Shown in pieces: positions 19,230 through 28,217 of a stretch of 64,000 nucleotides of DNA. This DNA comes from Clostridia bacterium. Its GTDB lineage: Bacteria; Bacillota; Clostridia; Oscillospirales; CAG-272. Numbering within the stretch: position 1 is the first letter of the stretch; every line of letters begins with the position of its first letter. A program made the translations under genes and the position numbers. The notes under the pieces are model-generated. The model was given only the letters and a program-made list of their open reading frames with translations. It searched no databases and was not told the origin of the DNA. The stretch is taken from NCBI GenBank assembly GCA_017447775.1, contig JAFSMU010000025.1, positions 158 through 64,157 of the forward strand, in the 5' to 3' direction.

Positions 19230-19937
19230 ATGAAGCTTTTTTGGAAGATCAGACTGTTTTTCTCGCGCCTGTGGCTGAAATTTCACCGCCGAGGCGTCTA
19301 CTACGTTACGGGAGCGGAGCTGTTGCCGCCGCCGCTTTCAGCCGAGGAAGAGGCGGAGATAATCGAGCATCTTGACGATCGCCCGGAGGGGCGGCGCACG
19401 CTCGTCGAGCATAACCTGCGCCTTGTCGTTTATATCGCAAAGAAGTTTGAAAACACCTGCGTCGGTCTTGAAGACCTCGTTTCCATCGGCACGATAGGGC
19501 TTATCAAGGCGGCAAACACGTTCCGCGCGGACAAGAACATAAAGCTTGCCACGTATGCCTCGCGCTGTATCGAAAACGAGATACTTATGTTCATCAGAAA
19601 GACGGGCAACGTGCGCGCCGAGGTTTCGTTTGACGAGCCGCTGAACGTTGACGGGGACGGCAACGAGCTGCTCCTTTCAGACGTTGTGGGATCGGATGAG
19701 GACAGCGTCGGGCGGCGCATCGAGGACGCGGAGGAGAAGAAGGTCATCATCGACGCGATAAAGAAGCTGAACGCCCGCGAACGCGAGATAATCGAGCTTC
19801 GCTTCGGGCTTTTCGGCAAAAAGGAGTACACGCAAAAGGAAGTCGCGGATATGATGGGGATATCGCAGTCGTACATTTCGCGCCTTGAAAAGCGGATAAT
19901 CGAGCGACTGCGGGCGGAAATTTCGGGGAAAATATAA
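19230..19937 (+). CDS. sigE: Sporulation sigma factor E (pro-form)
   Basis: Amphipathic pro-peptide, LPPPLS, HNLRLVVYIAKKF, ISQSYISRLEKRI. Confidence 0.96.
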   Translation: MKLFWKIRLFFSRLWLKFHRRGVYYVTGAELLPPPLSAEEEAEIIEHLDDRPEGRRTLVEHNLRLVVYIAKKFENTCVGLEDLVSIGTIGLIKAANTFRADKNIKLATYASRCIENEILMFIRKTGNVRAEVSFDEPLNVDGDGNELLLSDVVGSDEDSVGRRIEDAEEKKVIIDAIKKLNAREREIIELRFGLFGKKEYTQKEVADMMGISQSYISRLEKRIIERLRAEISGKI

Positions 19938-19964
19938 ATTTTTTGAAAAAAATCAAAAAAACTA

Positions 19965-19993
19965 TTGCAAAATTTGCTTTTGTGTGATATTAT
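19965..19993 (+). promoter_or_regulatory. Sigma-A promoter of rpmE
   Basis: TTGCAA-17-TATTAT with TGn, upstream A-tracts. Confidence 0.7.
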
Positions 19994-20033
19994 AATCGGT
20001 GCATAAAAATCTTACAGAGAGGAAAAGGCAACA

Positions 20034-20240
20034 ATGAAAGAGGGAATCCATCCGAACTATGTTGACGCCACGATCACTTGTGCGTGCGGCGAGGTTATTC
20101 ATACAAAGTCAACAAAGGGCGATTTCAAGGTAGAAATTTGCTCGAAATGTCATCCCTTCTATACCGGCAAGCAGAAGTTTGTCGATGCAGGCGGGCGCGT
20201 TGATAAGTTCAAAAAGCGTCTTGAAGGAAAAAGACAGTAA
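20034..20240 (+). CDS. rpmE: 50S ribosomal protein L31 (Zn-binding type)
   Basis: [26 protein letters not shown]. Confidence 0.98.
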   Translation: MKEGIHPNYVDATITCACGEVIHTKSTKGDFKVEICSKCHPFYTGKQKFVDAGGRVDKFKKRLEGKRQ

Positions 20241-20248
20241 AAAGACCG

Positions 20249-20279
20249 AGTGGGAATGCGTCGCATTCCCACTTTTTTT
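20249..20279 (+). terminator. rpmE intrinsic terminator
   Basis: agtgggaatgcg-t-cgcattcccact followed by a T-run. Confidence 0.9.
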
Positions 20280-20303
20280 ATGCTTGTGCAAAGCGGAAAC
20301 CAT

Positions 20304-20752
20304 CGCTCTTTTCTTTCGGGGAGCGAAAGAAAAGGAGCGCAAAAGAAAGCTCAAAAGCTTTGTACTCGCCCTATGCGTGCTTCCGTTGTCTGCGACAGCC
20401 GGTTCACGCAAATTCGGGCGAAGGCGGGTAGTCCATCGGACATCAGGCGTTGTATACCTATTCACGAAGCAAAAGCCACAACCCTTGCGGCTCGACTGTT
20501 TCAGAGCGCCTTCGGCGCGAAAGGGCTATGCGGTAGCGGCAGATGCCACGCGTCAACCCGCGATGTTCGCACACCGCCTTCTTTGAGCGCGGAGCGCGAA
20601 TTGAAATAGAGTCTGATGGTATTTTTGGGGAAGAAGAAAAATCGGGCAATATCATAATAAATTAAAGCGTACCCCTCGCGGTTAGCGTAACCCTTTTTAG
20701 CGTGCTTCTTTTGGTACTTTTTCTTGCACGAGCAAGAAAAGTACGCCCGTCC
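20304..20752. repeat. ~450-bp non-coding element with inverted hairpin ends (MITE/REPIN-like)
   Basis: Left end cgctcttttctttcg...cgaaagaaaaggagcg-caaaagaaagc (20304-20350) mirrors right end gcttcttttgg-tactttttcttgc...gcaagaaaagtacg (20704-20745). Bases 20545-20752 recur at 63787-64000. Confidence 0.8.
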
Positions 20753-20799
20753 ATCCCCTCAACCCCACATTTCCAAAAAGCATCACGGAGGTGATACCT

Positions 20800-22065
20800 A
20801 TGCAAAACCTATTCGATAAATCAAAAACGGCGCGCGCGGCGCTCGTTTCCGTTGTGCCGAAGGGCGCCGACGCCGACTTTTACGAGGCGTCCTTATCCGA
20901 ACTTTCGCGCCTGTGCGAAACGGCGGGGGCAGAGGTCGTGGCAACGCTCGTTCAGCAAAAGGAAAGCCCTGACCCGTCGACGTATCTCGGCTCGGGCAAG
21001 CTTATCGAGCTGTGCGAGCTGTGCAAGAACAATGACGTTGACACCGCCGTTTTCGACTGCGAGCTGTCGCCGTCCCAGATAAAGAACGTCGAGGACGCGA
21101 TAGGCGTTTCCGTCATCGACCGCAGTATGCTTATCCTCGATATATTCGCGCTCCACGCGACAAGCGCGGAGGGCAAGCTTCAAGTCGAGCTGGCGCAGCT
21201 AAAGTATACCGTGCCGCGCCTTATCGGAAAGGGCAACGAGCTTTCAAGGCTCGGCGGCGGCATCGGCACGCGCGGCCCCGGCGAGAGCAAGCTTGAAACA
21301 GACCGCCGCCACGTAAAGCGGCGCATGGACGCGCTTGAAGCCGAAATACGCGAGCTTGCGTCAAACAGGGAAACGCAACGCGCGGCGCGCGATCGCTCCG
21401 GCATATTCAAATTCGCCGTCGCGGGATACACCAACGCCGGCAAATCGACGCTGACAAACTACCTCACGGGCGCGGGCATTCTCGCCGAGGACAAGCTTTT
21501 CGCAACGCTCGATCCCACAACGCGCAAGTACGACCTGCCGTCCGGCACGTCGGTACTGCTTACCGACACCGTCGGCTTTATCAGAAACTTGCCGCACCAC
21601 CTTATAAAAGCGTTCAGATCAACGCTTGACGAGGTGGCGTATGCCGACGCGATACTCGTCGTTATAGACTCATCCGATCCCGAGGCGCGCGCACAGCTTG
21701 ACGTTACCGTCGGGCTTATCGAGGAGCTTGGCGCGGGCGCAAAGCCGATAATTTACGTCATGAACAAAGCCGACAAGGCTCAGACGGCGCTTATCGGCAC
21801 GTCGAGCGACGACACGGTGTTCATCTCGGCAAAGACGGGAGATGGAGTCGACGCGCTCATCGACGCTATGGAGAGCGTCGTATCAAAGCGCAAAAAGCGG
21901 CTTAAATTCATGTTCCCGCACGAAAGCCTCGGACTTCTGAACTCGCTTTACACAAACGCCGCCGTGTCAGTCGAAAGCGTGGAATACACCGAAAGCGGCG
22001 CTGTGGTTATCGCCGTGTGCGACGAAAAGACGGCGGGCAGGCTCGGCGGATTTGCTAAGGGGTGA
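20800..22065 (+). CDS. hflX: Ribosome-splitting GTPase HflX
   Basis: EGKLQVELAQL, GGGIGTRGPGE, GYTNAGKST, DTVGFI, NKAD; ATG follows GGAGGTG. Confidence 0.97.
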   Translation: MQNLFDKSKTARAALVSVVPKGADADFYEASLSELSRLCETAGAEVVATLVQQKESPDPSTYLGSGKLIELCELCKNNDVDTAVFDCELSPSQIKNVEDAIGVSVIDRSMLILDIFALHATSAEGKLQVELAQLKYTVPRLIGKGNELSRLGGGIGTRGPGESKLETDRRHVKRRMDALEAEIRELASNRETQRAARDRSGIFKFAVAGYTNAGKSTLTNYLTGAGILAEDKLFATLDPTTRKYDLPSGTSVLLTDTVGFIRNLPHHLIKAFRSTLDEVAYADAILVVIDSSDPEARAQLDVTVGLIEELGAGAKPIIYVMNKADKAQTALIGTSSDDTVFISAKTGDGVDALIDAMESVVSKRKKRLKFMFPHESLGLLNSLYTNAAVSVESVEYTESGAVVIAVCDEKTAGRLGGFAKG

Positions 22066-22688
22066 AAATGATGGACGTTTTGAAAACGCTCGGCAAAGAG
22101 GCCGACGCCGAATTTACGGAAAAGAAGTCCGTTTTCATCGGGTACGCCGCGCCCGTTTCAAGCGAGGACGAGGCGCGCGAATTCGTCGCCAAAATAAAGA
22201 AAAAGCACGCGGACGCGCGCCATAACGTTTCGGCATACGTGCTGTCGGGCGGGATAATGCACTCCTCCGACGACGGCGAGCCGTCGGGAACGGCGGGGGT
22301 GCCGGTGCTTGAAGTGATAAAAAAGAGCGGCGTCGTCAACGCCGTCGTCGTCGTAACGCGCTATTTCGGCGGGATACTGCTGGGCGCGGGCGGGCTTGTG
22401 CGCGCATACTCGGCGGCGGCAAAGGCGGCGATAGACGCATCTGGCGTCGTCGTTTACGAAAAGTTCGACGAGTGCGCGATAAAATGCTCATACGGCGACT
22501 ACAACGACGTGCTTTACCGCCTTTCTCAGTTCACGGTAAAAGTCGGGCAGGCGGCGTTTGACGAAAACGTCACGGTGTCATTTTCCGTGCTGAAAGAGGA
22601 GCGGGGAAGGCTTGACGATGAGATCGCTGCGCGCTTTGACGGGCGCTACTCCGTCGAAAAGCTCGGCGAAAAATATGACGTAAGATGA
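22062..22688 (+). CDS. yigZ: YigZ/IMPACT family protein
   Basis: EKKSVFIG, DDGEPSGTAG, VTRYFGGILLGAGGL. Confidence 0.93.
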   Translation: MKMMDVLKTLGKEADAEFTEKKSVFIGYAAPVSSEDEAREFVAKIKKKHADARHNVSAYVLSGGIMHSSDDGEPSGTAGVPVLEVIKKSGVVNAVVVVTRYFGGILLGAGGLVRAYSAAAKAAIDASGVVVYEKFDECAIKCSYGDYNDVLYRLSQFTVKVGQAAFDENVTVSFSVLKEERGRLDDEIAARFDGRYSVEKLGEKYDVR

Positions 22689-22720
22689 AAAAAACCGACC
22701 TTGCGGTCGGTTTTGTTTTT
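22688..22720. terminator. Bidirectional terminator
   Basis: aaaaccgacc-ttgc-ggtcggtttt between convergent genes. Confidence 0.85.
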
Positions 22721-22723
22721 TCA

Positions 22724-23767
22724 TTATCTCGACGTTTTCTTTACCTTGTCGCCGTATATCGTCTTGAAGTCGTTCTTCATCGATATAACGATAAATCCGT
22801 AGTTTTTCCAGTCCTCGCCGAGCTTTGTCGTCTTTTCGGTGTTGCCCCAGTCCCTGTCCTCGTCGTCGGCGATGAGCATGAACGCCGCGCTCTTGTACTT
22901 GTTGTTCGTGATCGTGTACATGTGCATACTGACGTCCCCTGAGCTGTTGCCGAATGAAAGAACGGGCTGTCTGCCGATCTCCTGCGCGATCTGCGCCACT
23001 TTGTTCATTTTCAGATTTTTTATAAGCAGAGTCGATGTGCGAAGCACTCTGTCGCCTGACGTGAACTGATAATTGAGGCTGTCCTTTTCTCCCTGATTTG
23101 ACGCAACAAGCTTTACGTCCATACCGATCACTCTTTCATACGGTATCCCGCAAGCCTCGCTCGCGAGCGCGCGGCAGATGAATCTGTCGGAACCGCTGAC
23201 GATGTAAGCGAGGAATCCGTTGTCCTGAAGGTAAGAAATGACCTCTATCATCGGCTTGTAGAACGCCTCGGCATACGTCATCCCCTCAAAGCCTTCGGGC
23301 GTCATTTTAAGAAAATCCTTGACGTATTTTTCAAATTCGTCAATGCTCATCCCCTCAAACGCCTTTGCCTGACAAAGCGCGTGCTGCATCGGCATATCGC
23401 TCGGGAATTTGCCGACCTTCGCGCCCTCGCGGATGGCTGTCGCCACCTCTTTCATCTCGTCGCTTGCCGTGTACGTCGGATCGTCAAGGCATCTGTAAGC
23501 GCACAGAAGATACTCGATATACGTCGGGAAAAGCTCGCCGTAAAGGGTGCCGTCCATATCAAAAACGGCAATTCTGTCCTGCTTTGGAATAAAGTTTTCC
23601 GACTTTTCGTCAGTTACGTCGGCAACGTAAGCTTTAAGCGACGTCAGCGCGTCGCACTCGTTCCATAAGATAAGCGACGCCTTTTCTGTCTTCGCGCCGC
23701 ATCCCGCAACGGCGAAAACCGTTACGATGACGATCATGAGCGCGATAATTCTTTTTGTGTTTTTCAT
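22724..23767 (-). CDS. HAD-superfamily phosphatase lipoprotein
   Basis: VAGC lipobox; HAD motifs FDMDGT, IVSGS, FGNSSGD. Confidence 0.88.
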   Translation of the reverse strand: MKNTKRIIALMIVIVTVFAVAGCGAKTEKASLILWNECDALTSLKAYVADVTDEKSENFIPKQDRIAVFDMDGTLYGELFPTYIEYLLCAYRCLDDPTYTASDEMKEVATAIREGAKVGKFPSDMPMQHALCQAKAFEGMSIDEFEKYVKDFLKMTPEGFEGMTYAEAFYKPMIEVISYLQDNGFLAYIVSGSDRFICRALASEACGIPYERVIGMDVKLVASNQGEKDSLNYQFTSGDRVLRTSTLLIKNLKMNKVAQIAQEIGRQPVLSFGNSSGDVSMHMYTITNNKYKSAAFMLIADDEDRDWGNTEKTTKLGEDWKNYGFIVISMKNDFKTIYGDKVKKTSR

Positions 23768-23974
23768 TTTTTCTCCCTATCTTTAGTGAATTATGAAATG
23801 ATTATACTACCGTTTTGCGAAAAAATCAAGAAAAAAATGAAAATATACGGCAAGGCGGCGCCGCTCAAAAACAATTTTACAATAAAATAAAAAATTTTTT
23901 TCATAAAAAAAGAGGATTTTTCGATTTTTTTTCGTATATTATAGGTGAAAAGATAAAATCAGGGGGAAAACGGA

Positions 23975-24979
23975 TTGAACATAGTCGAGATGCTGTACAA
24001 AAAAGAGGACGAATACCTCTCTCCATACGCCTGCAAAAGCCGCGACACAAAGGGAAGAGCCGTTTACGTTGAACCGGACGGGCTTCGCACCGATTTTCAG
24101 CGTGACCGCGACAGGATAACGCACTCAAAGGCGTTCCGTCGGCTTATGCACAAGACGCAGGTCTTTCTCTCACCCGAGGACGAGCATTTCCGCACAAGGC
24201 TGACGCATACGCTTGAAGTCACGCAGATAGCGCGCACCATCGCCCGCGGGCTTTCGCTCAACGAAGACCTGACGGAAGCGGCGGCGCTTGGGCACGACCT
24301 CGGGCACACGCCTTTCGGCCACGCGGGCGAGCGGATACTCCAACAGTGCTTCTCTCCCGACTTTACGCACTACAAGCAGAGCCTGCGCGTCGTTGACAAG
24401 CTTGAAAACGGCGGAGCGGGGCTTAACCTCACGTACGAGGTGCGCGACGGCATCCTCAACCACACGGGCGAGTGCATGGCAAGCACGCTTGAGGGCGTTA
24501 TCGTCAAATTTGCCGACCGCATAGCGTACATAAACCACGACATCGACGACGCGATCCGCGCCGGCGTCATTTCGGGGGACGACATACCGAAGCACCTGCG
24601 CGACATTCTCGGAAACACCCACTCGCAGCGCATAGCGACAATGGTCATCAGCACGATAAATTCAAGCTTCGGTAAAAACGAAATATCAATGGAGCCGGAA
24701 ATTCAGGACGCGATGATGCAACTGCGCGAATTTTTATATGAGCGCGTCTACAAAAACCCCGTCGCCAAAGGCGAGGAGGTGCGCGCCTGCTCGATGCTCG
24801 AGCAGCTCTATGAATATTTCGTAAAGCACCCCGAAAAAATGCCCGAGGAATTTATGCGCGACGAAAGCGAAAGCGTCGAGCGGCACGTTTGCGACTACAT
24901 CGCCGGAATGACGGACAGATTTGCCATAAACCTGTTTGAAGAGCTGTTCATCCCGAAGATCTGGAAAAACATCAAATAA
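23975..24979 (+). CDS. dgt: Deoxyguanosinetriphosphate triphosphohydrolase
   Basis: FQRDRDRI, KTQVF, RTRLTH, GHDLGHTPFGHAGE (HD), DYIAGMTD; TTG start. Confidence 0.95.
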   Translation: MNIVEMLYKKEDEYLSPYACKSRDTKGRAVYVEPDGLRTDFQRDRDRITHSKAFRRLMHKTQVFLSPEDEHFRTRLTHTLEVTQIARTIARGLSLNEDLTEAAALGHDLGHTPFGHAGERILQQCFSPDFTHYKQSLRVVDKLENGGAGLNLTYEVRDGILNHTGECMASTLEGVIVKFADRIAYINHDIDDAIRAGVISGDDIPKHLRDILGNTHSQRIATMVISTINSSFGKNEISMEPEIQDAMMQLREFLYERVYKNPVAKGEEVRACSMLEQLYEYFVKHPEKMPEEFMRDESESVERHVCDYIAGMTDRFAINLFEELFIPKIWKNIK

Positions 24980-25036
24980 ACGCAAAAACATAGAAATATT
25001 TACATACATAAATAAATCAAGCGGAAGGAGGATATA

Positions 25037-26770
25037 ATGAACATCACGCCGGAATTTATCGACGAGCTTAAACTGCGAAATCGCATCGAGGACGTCGTAT
25101 CGTCGTACGTGAATCTGAAACACACCGGTTCAAGCTACGTCGGGCTTTGCCCGTTCCACAGCGAAAGGACGCCGTCCTTCCACGTATCCCCCTCGCGCTC
25201 GATGTTCCACTGCTTCGGATGCGGAGCGGGCGGCGACGTCATAACTTTCGTTATGCGCGCCGAAAACCTCGATTATATCTCGGCGCTTGAGGTGCTGTGC
25301 CACCGCGTCGGTATGGAAATGCCGGGCGACGACGGCAGAAAGAGCGAGCTTTTGCGCCGCTCGCGCATATTTGAAATGAACAGGGAAGCGGCGCGGTTTT
25401 TCAACGCGTGCCTGAACGACCCCTCGGCGACGGCGGCGCAGGCATATCTCAAAAAGCGCGGACTCACACCCGCGGCGGTGAAGCACTTCGGACTCGGGTA
25501 CTCGCCCGATTCGTTTGACGCGCTCCGCAACCATCTGCGCTCTCTCGGCTATCGCGACGAGGAGCTGGGCGAGGCGTTCCTCTGCGGGAAAAGCCGCCGC
25601 ACAGGCGGATATTTCGACTATTTCCGCTCGCGCCTCATGTTCCCGATAATCGACAATATCGGCAACGTCATCGCATTCGGCGGGCGCGCCCTTGACGACT
25701 CCACGCCGAAGTACCTCAACACGTCCGACACCCCCGCGTTCAAAAAGAGCCGCAACCTTTTTGCGCTCAATTTCGCAAAAAACACCGATTTTGACTACTT
25801 CATCCTTTGCGAAGGGTATATGGACGTCATTGCGATGCACATGGCGGGATTTTCAAACGCCGTGGCGACGCTCGGCACCGCGCTGACAAGCGAGCAGGCG
25901 CGCGTCATCGCAAAATACAAAAAGAAGGTCGTCTTGTGCTACGACAGCGACGAGGCGGGGCAGAACGCCACGCGCCGCGCACTGCCGATCCTTGCGGAGG
26001 CGGGACTTGAAACGCGCGTTTTGCGCGTTATCGACGCAAAGGACCCCGACGAATACATAAAAAAATTCGGCGCCGAAAAATTCAAACTGCTCGTCGAGGG
26101 CAGCAAGTCCCGGCTCGAATTTCTGATAGACAGCGCCACCACGAAATACAATATTGTGGTGCCGGAGGAAAAAATCAAAGCCGCAAACGAGCTTTGCGCC
26201 GAGGCGGCGGGCGTTTATTCCGACGTTGAACGTGAAATATATATAGACAGGATCGCCGAAAGGCTCGGCGTCGAGCGGCAAAACGTAAAATCCGACGTCG
26301 ATCGCCGCCGCCGCGCCGCGCGCAAAAAAGAGGACGGCGAGCGCATAACGAACGTTATCTCAAAGACCGTCGGCTACGGCGACAGGATCAACCGCGAGCG
26401 CGCGCAGAACATAAAGGCGTCGCGCGCCGAGGAGTCGATAATCGGAATGATGATACTTTATCCCGAGCTGCGCGAGGCGGTCGTTAGCGGCAGGGTGCAG
26501 ATCGGCCCCGACGATTTTTTGACGGAGTTCAACCGCCGCGCGTTTGAGTCCGTTTTGAAACGAGGCTCCGATATCGGTCTTATCGCGCAGGATTTCACGG
26601 TCGAGGAGATCGCGCGCATCGAGGACGCGGTCGAGCGGCGCGCCGAGCTTTCCGACAACGGCGAAGCTGTGCTGATCGACAACGTAAACGCCCTCAAAGG
26701 CGAGAAAAAAGCCGCGGATGACGATCTTGGCGCGGCGCTTGAAATACTTAAAAAGAAAACAAAAAAGTAA
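25037..26770 (+). CDS. dnaG: DNA primase
   Basis: CPFH...CFGC zinc finger, KYLN, EGYMDV, YDSDEAG, KDPDE. Confidence 0.97.
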   Translation: MNITPEFIDELKLRNRIEDVVSSYVNLKHTGSSYVGLCPFHSERTPSFHVSPSRSMFHCFGCGAGGDVITFVMRAENLDYISALEVLCHRVGMEMPGDDGRKSELLRRSRIFEMNREAARFFNACLNDPSATAAQAYLKKRGLTPAAVKHFGLGYSPDSFDALRNHLRSLGYRDEELGEAFLCGKSRRTGGYFDYFRSRLMFPIIDNIGNVIAFGGRALDDSTPKYLNTSDTPAFKKSRNLFALNFAKNTDFDYFILCEGYMDVIAMHMAGFSNAVATLGTALTSEQARVIAKYKKKVVLCYDSDEAGQNATRRALPILAEAGLETRVLRVIDAKDPDEYIKKFGAEKFKLLVEGSKSRLEFLIDSATTKYNIVVPEEKIKAANELCAEAAGVYSDVEREIYIDRIAERLGVERQNVKSDVDRRRRAARKKEDGERITNVISKTVGYGDRINRERAQNIKASRAEESIIGMMILYPELREAVVSGRVQIGPDDFLTEFNRRAFESVLKRGSDIGLIAQDFTVEEIARIEDAVERRAELSDNGEAVLIDNVNALKGEKKAADDDLGAALEILKKKTKK

Positions 26771-26793
26771 AAATACAATAAGGTGGTAACAAC

Positions 26794-28023
26794 ATGACGG
26801 ACGTAACAAAAAAGAAAGCGGCAGAGCCGATCGAAGAAAACGACATCGACGCGGAGCTTGACGCGAAATTCGACGCGGACGCCGAGGCGGCAAAAGCCGA
26901 GGAAGAAGCGAAAACAGACGATGAAGATAAGGGCACGGGCAACATCCAGTCGCTTATCGACAAAGCAAAGACGAAGGGCAAGCTTTCGTATTCCGAAATA
27001 GTTGAGGCGCTGGGCGACGATTACGAGATCGACCAGATCGAAAAGCTGCACGACACGCTCGAAGGCATGGGCATAAATATGACCGACTTCGGCGACGATC
27101 TGCCCGACGCCGACGACATCGACGACGACGAGCTTGAAGAGATCGAGAGCGTTGAGAACATCGAGCGGACGCTGTCGCAGGACGGCGTCGTGCTTGACGA
27201 CCCCGTAAGAATGTACCTCAAAGAGATCGGCAAGGTGCCGCTTCTCGTCGACGCGGCGGAAGAGATGGAGCTTTCGCGCCGTATGTCGGAGGGGGACGAG
27301 AAGGCAAAGCAGAAGCTTGTCGAGGCCAACCTCCGCCTTGTCGTCAGCATTGCGAAGAAATATATGGGCAAGGGGCTTGTGTTCCTCGATCTGATACAGG
27401 AGGGCAACCTCGGACTTATGAAGGCGGTGTCGAAGTTCGACTACACGAAGGGATATAAATTCTCGACGTACGCGACGTGGTGGATACGTCAGGCGATAAC
27501 GCGCGCCATAGCAGATCAGGCGAGAACCATCCGCATCCCCGTTCACATGGTCGAAACGATACACAAGGTAACGAAAGTTTCGCGCCGTATGCTTCAAGAG
27601 CAGGGGCGCGAGGTCAGCGACGAGGAGATCGCAAAAGAAATGGGCATGAGCGCCGACAAGGTGCGCGAAATAATGAAGATAGCGCAGGATCCTATCTCCC
27701 TTGAAACGCCTATCGGCGAGGAAGAGGACAGCCACATCGGCGACTTCATCGAGGACAGGGAAACGCCGGCTCCCGCGGACGCGGCTTCATACGCTCTGCT
27801 CCGCGAGCAGCTCAACGAAGTGCTTCACACGCTCCAACCGCGCGAGGAAAACGTGCTTAAACTCCGCTTCGGACTTGAGGACGGCCGCCCGCGCACGCTT
27901 GAAGAGGTGGGTAAGCAGTTCAACATCACGCGCGAGCGCATCCGTCAGATCGAGGTCAAGGCGCTTCGCAAACTGCGCCACCCGTCGCGCTCGAAAAAAC
28001 TGAAAGATTTTCTCGATAACTGA
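26794..28023 (+). CDS. rpoD: Primary sigma factor SigA
   Basis: [42 protein letters not shown]. Confidence 0.98.
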   Translation: MTDVTKKKAAEPIEENDIDAELDAKFDADAEAAKAEEEAKTDDEDKGTGNIQSLIDKAKTKGKLSYSEIVEALGDDYEIDQIEKLHDTLEGMGINMTDFGDDLPDADDIDDDELEEIESVENIERTLSQDGVVLDDPVRMYLKEIGKVPLLVDAAEEMELSRRMSEGDEKAKQKLVEANLRLVVSIAKKYMGKGLVFLDLIQEGNLGLMKAVSKFDYTKGYKFSTYATWWIRQAITRAIADQARTIRIPVHMVETIHKVTKVSRRMLQEQGREVSDEEIAKEMGMSADKVREIMKIAQDPISLETPIGEEEDSHIGDFIEDRETPAPADAASYALLREQLNEVLHTLQPREENVLKLRFGLEDGRPRTLEEVGKQFNITRERIRQIEVKALRKLRHPSRSKKLKDFLDN

Positions 28024-28117
28024 GCCTGTCCTTTTGTCAACTTGCACATAAATTTGCGCGTTATTTGTCAAATAAAACAAAATTGACCGTCGCGCATCGA
28101 ATGAAACGAAAACCGAC

Positions 28118-28146
28118 TTGACATCAACCGATTTTTGATGTAAAAT
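28118..28146 (+). promoter_or_regulatory. Sigma-A promoter of the giant lipoprotein gene
   Basis: TTGACA-17-TAAAAT; GGAGG RBS before ATG at 28218. Confidence 0.75.
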
Positions 28147-28217
28147 ATATAAGTATTATTTTATAATAATATATTGTTTTGCTCATTTCGGCAGATGTAT
28201 TTTTGGAGGAACACACA

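Noticed and set aside
20595-20625. GAAA...CTGATG resembling a hammerhead ribozyme core
   Set aside because: It reads CTGATGG rather than CUGAUGA, and only 6 nt separate the motifs, too few for the required stems.
20250-20655. ORFs predicted across the intergenic repeat (and at 544-882, 41304-41575, 63577-63894)
   Set aside because: No RBS, no recognisable motifs, and the two repeat copies differ by indels that are not frame-preserving; better explained as non-coding.
26458-27735. Long antisense ORFs (also 5341-6390, 44745-45812, 49460-50452, 62416-63534)
   Set aside because: Shadow frames of well-supported GC-rich genes, with no independent coding signal.
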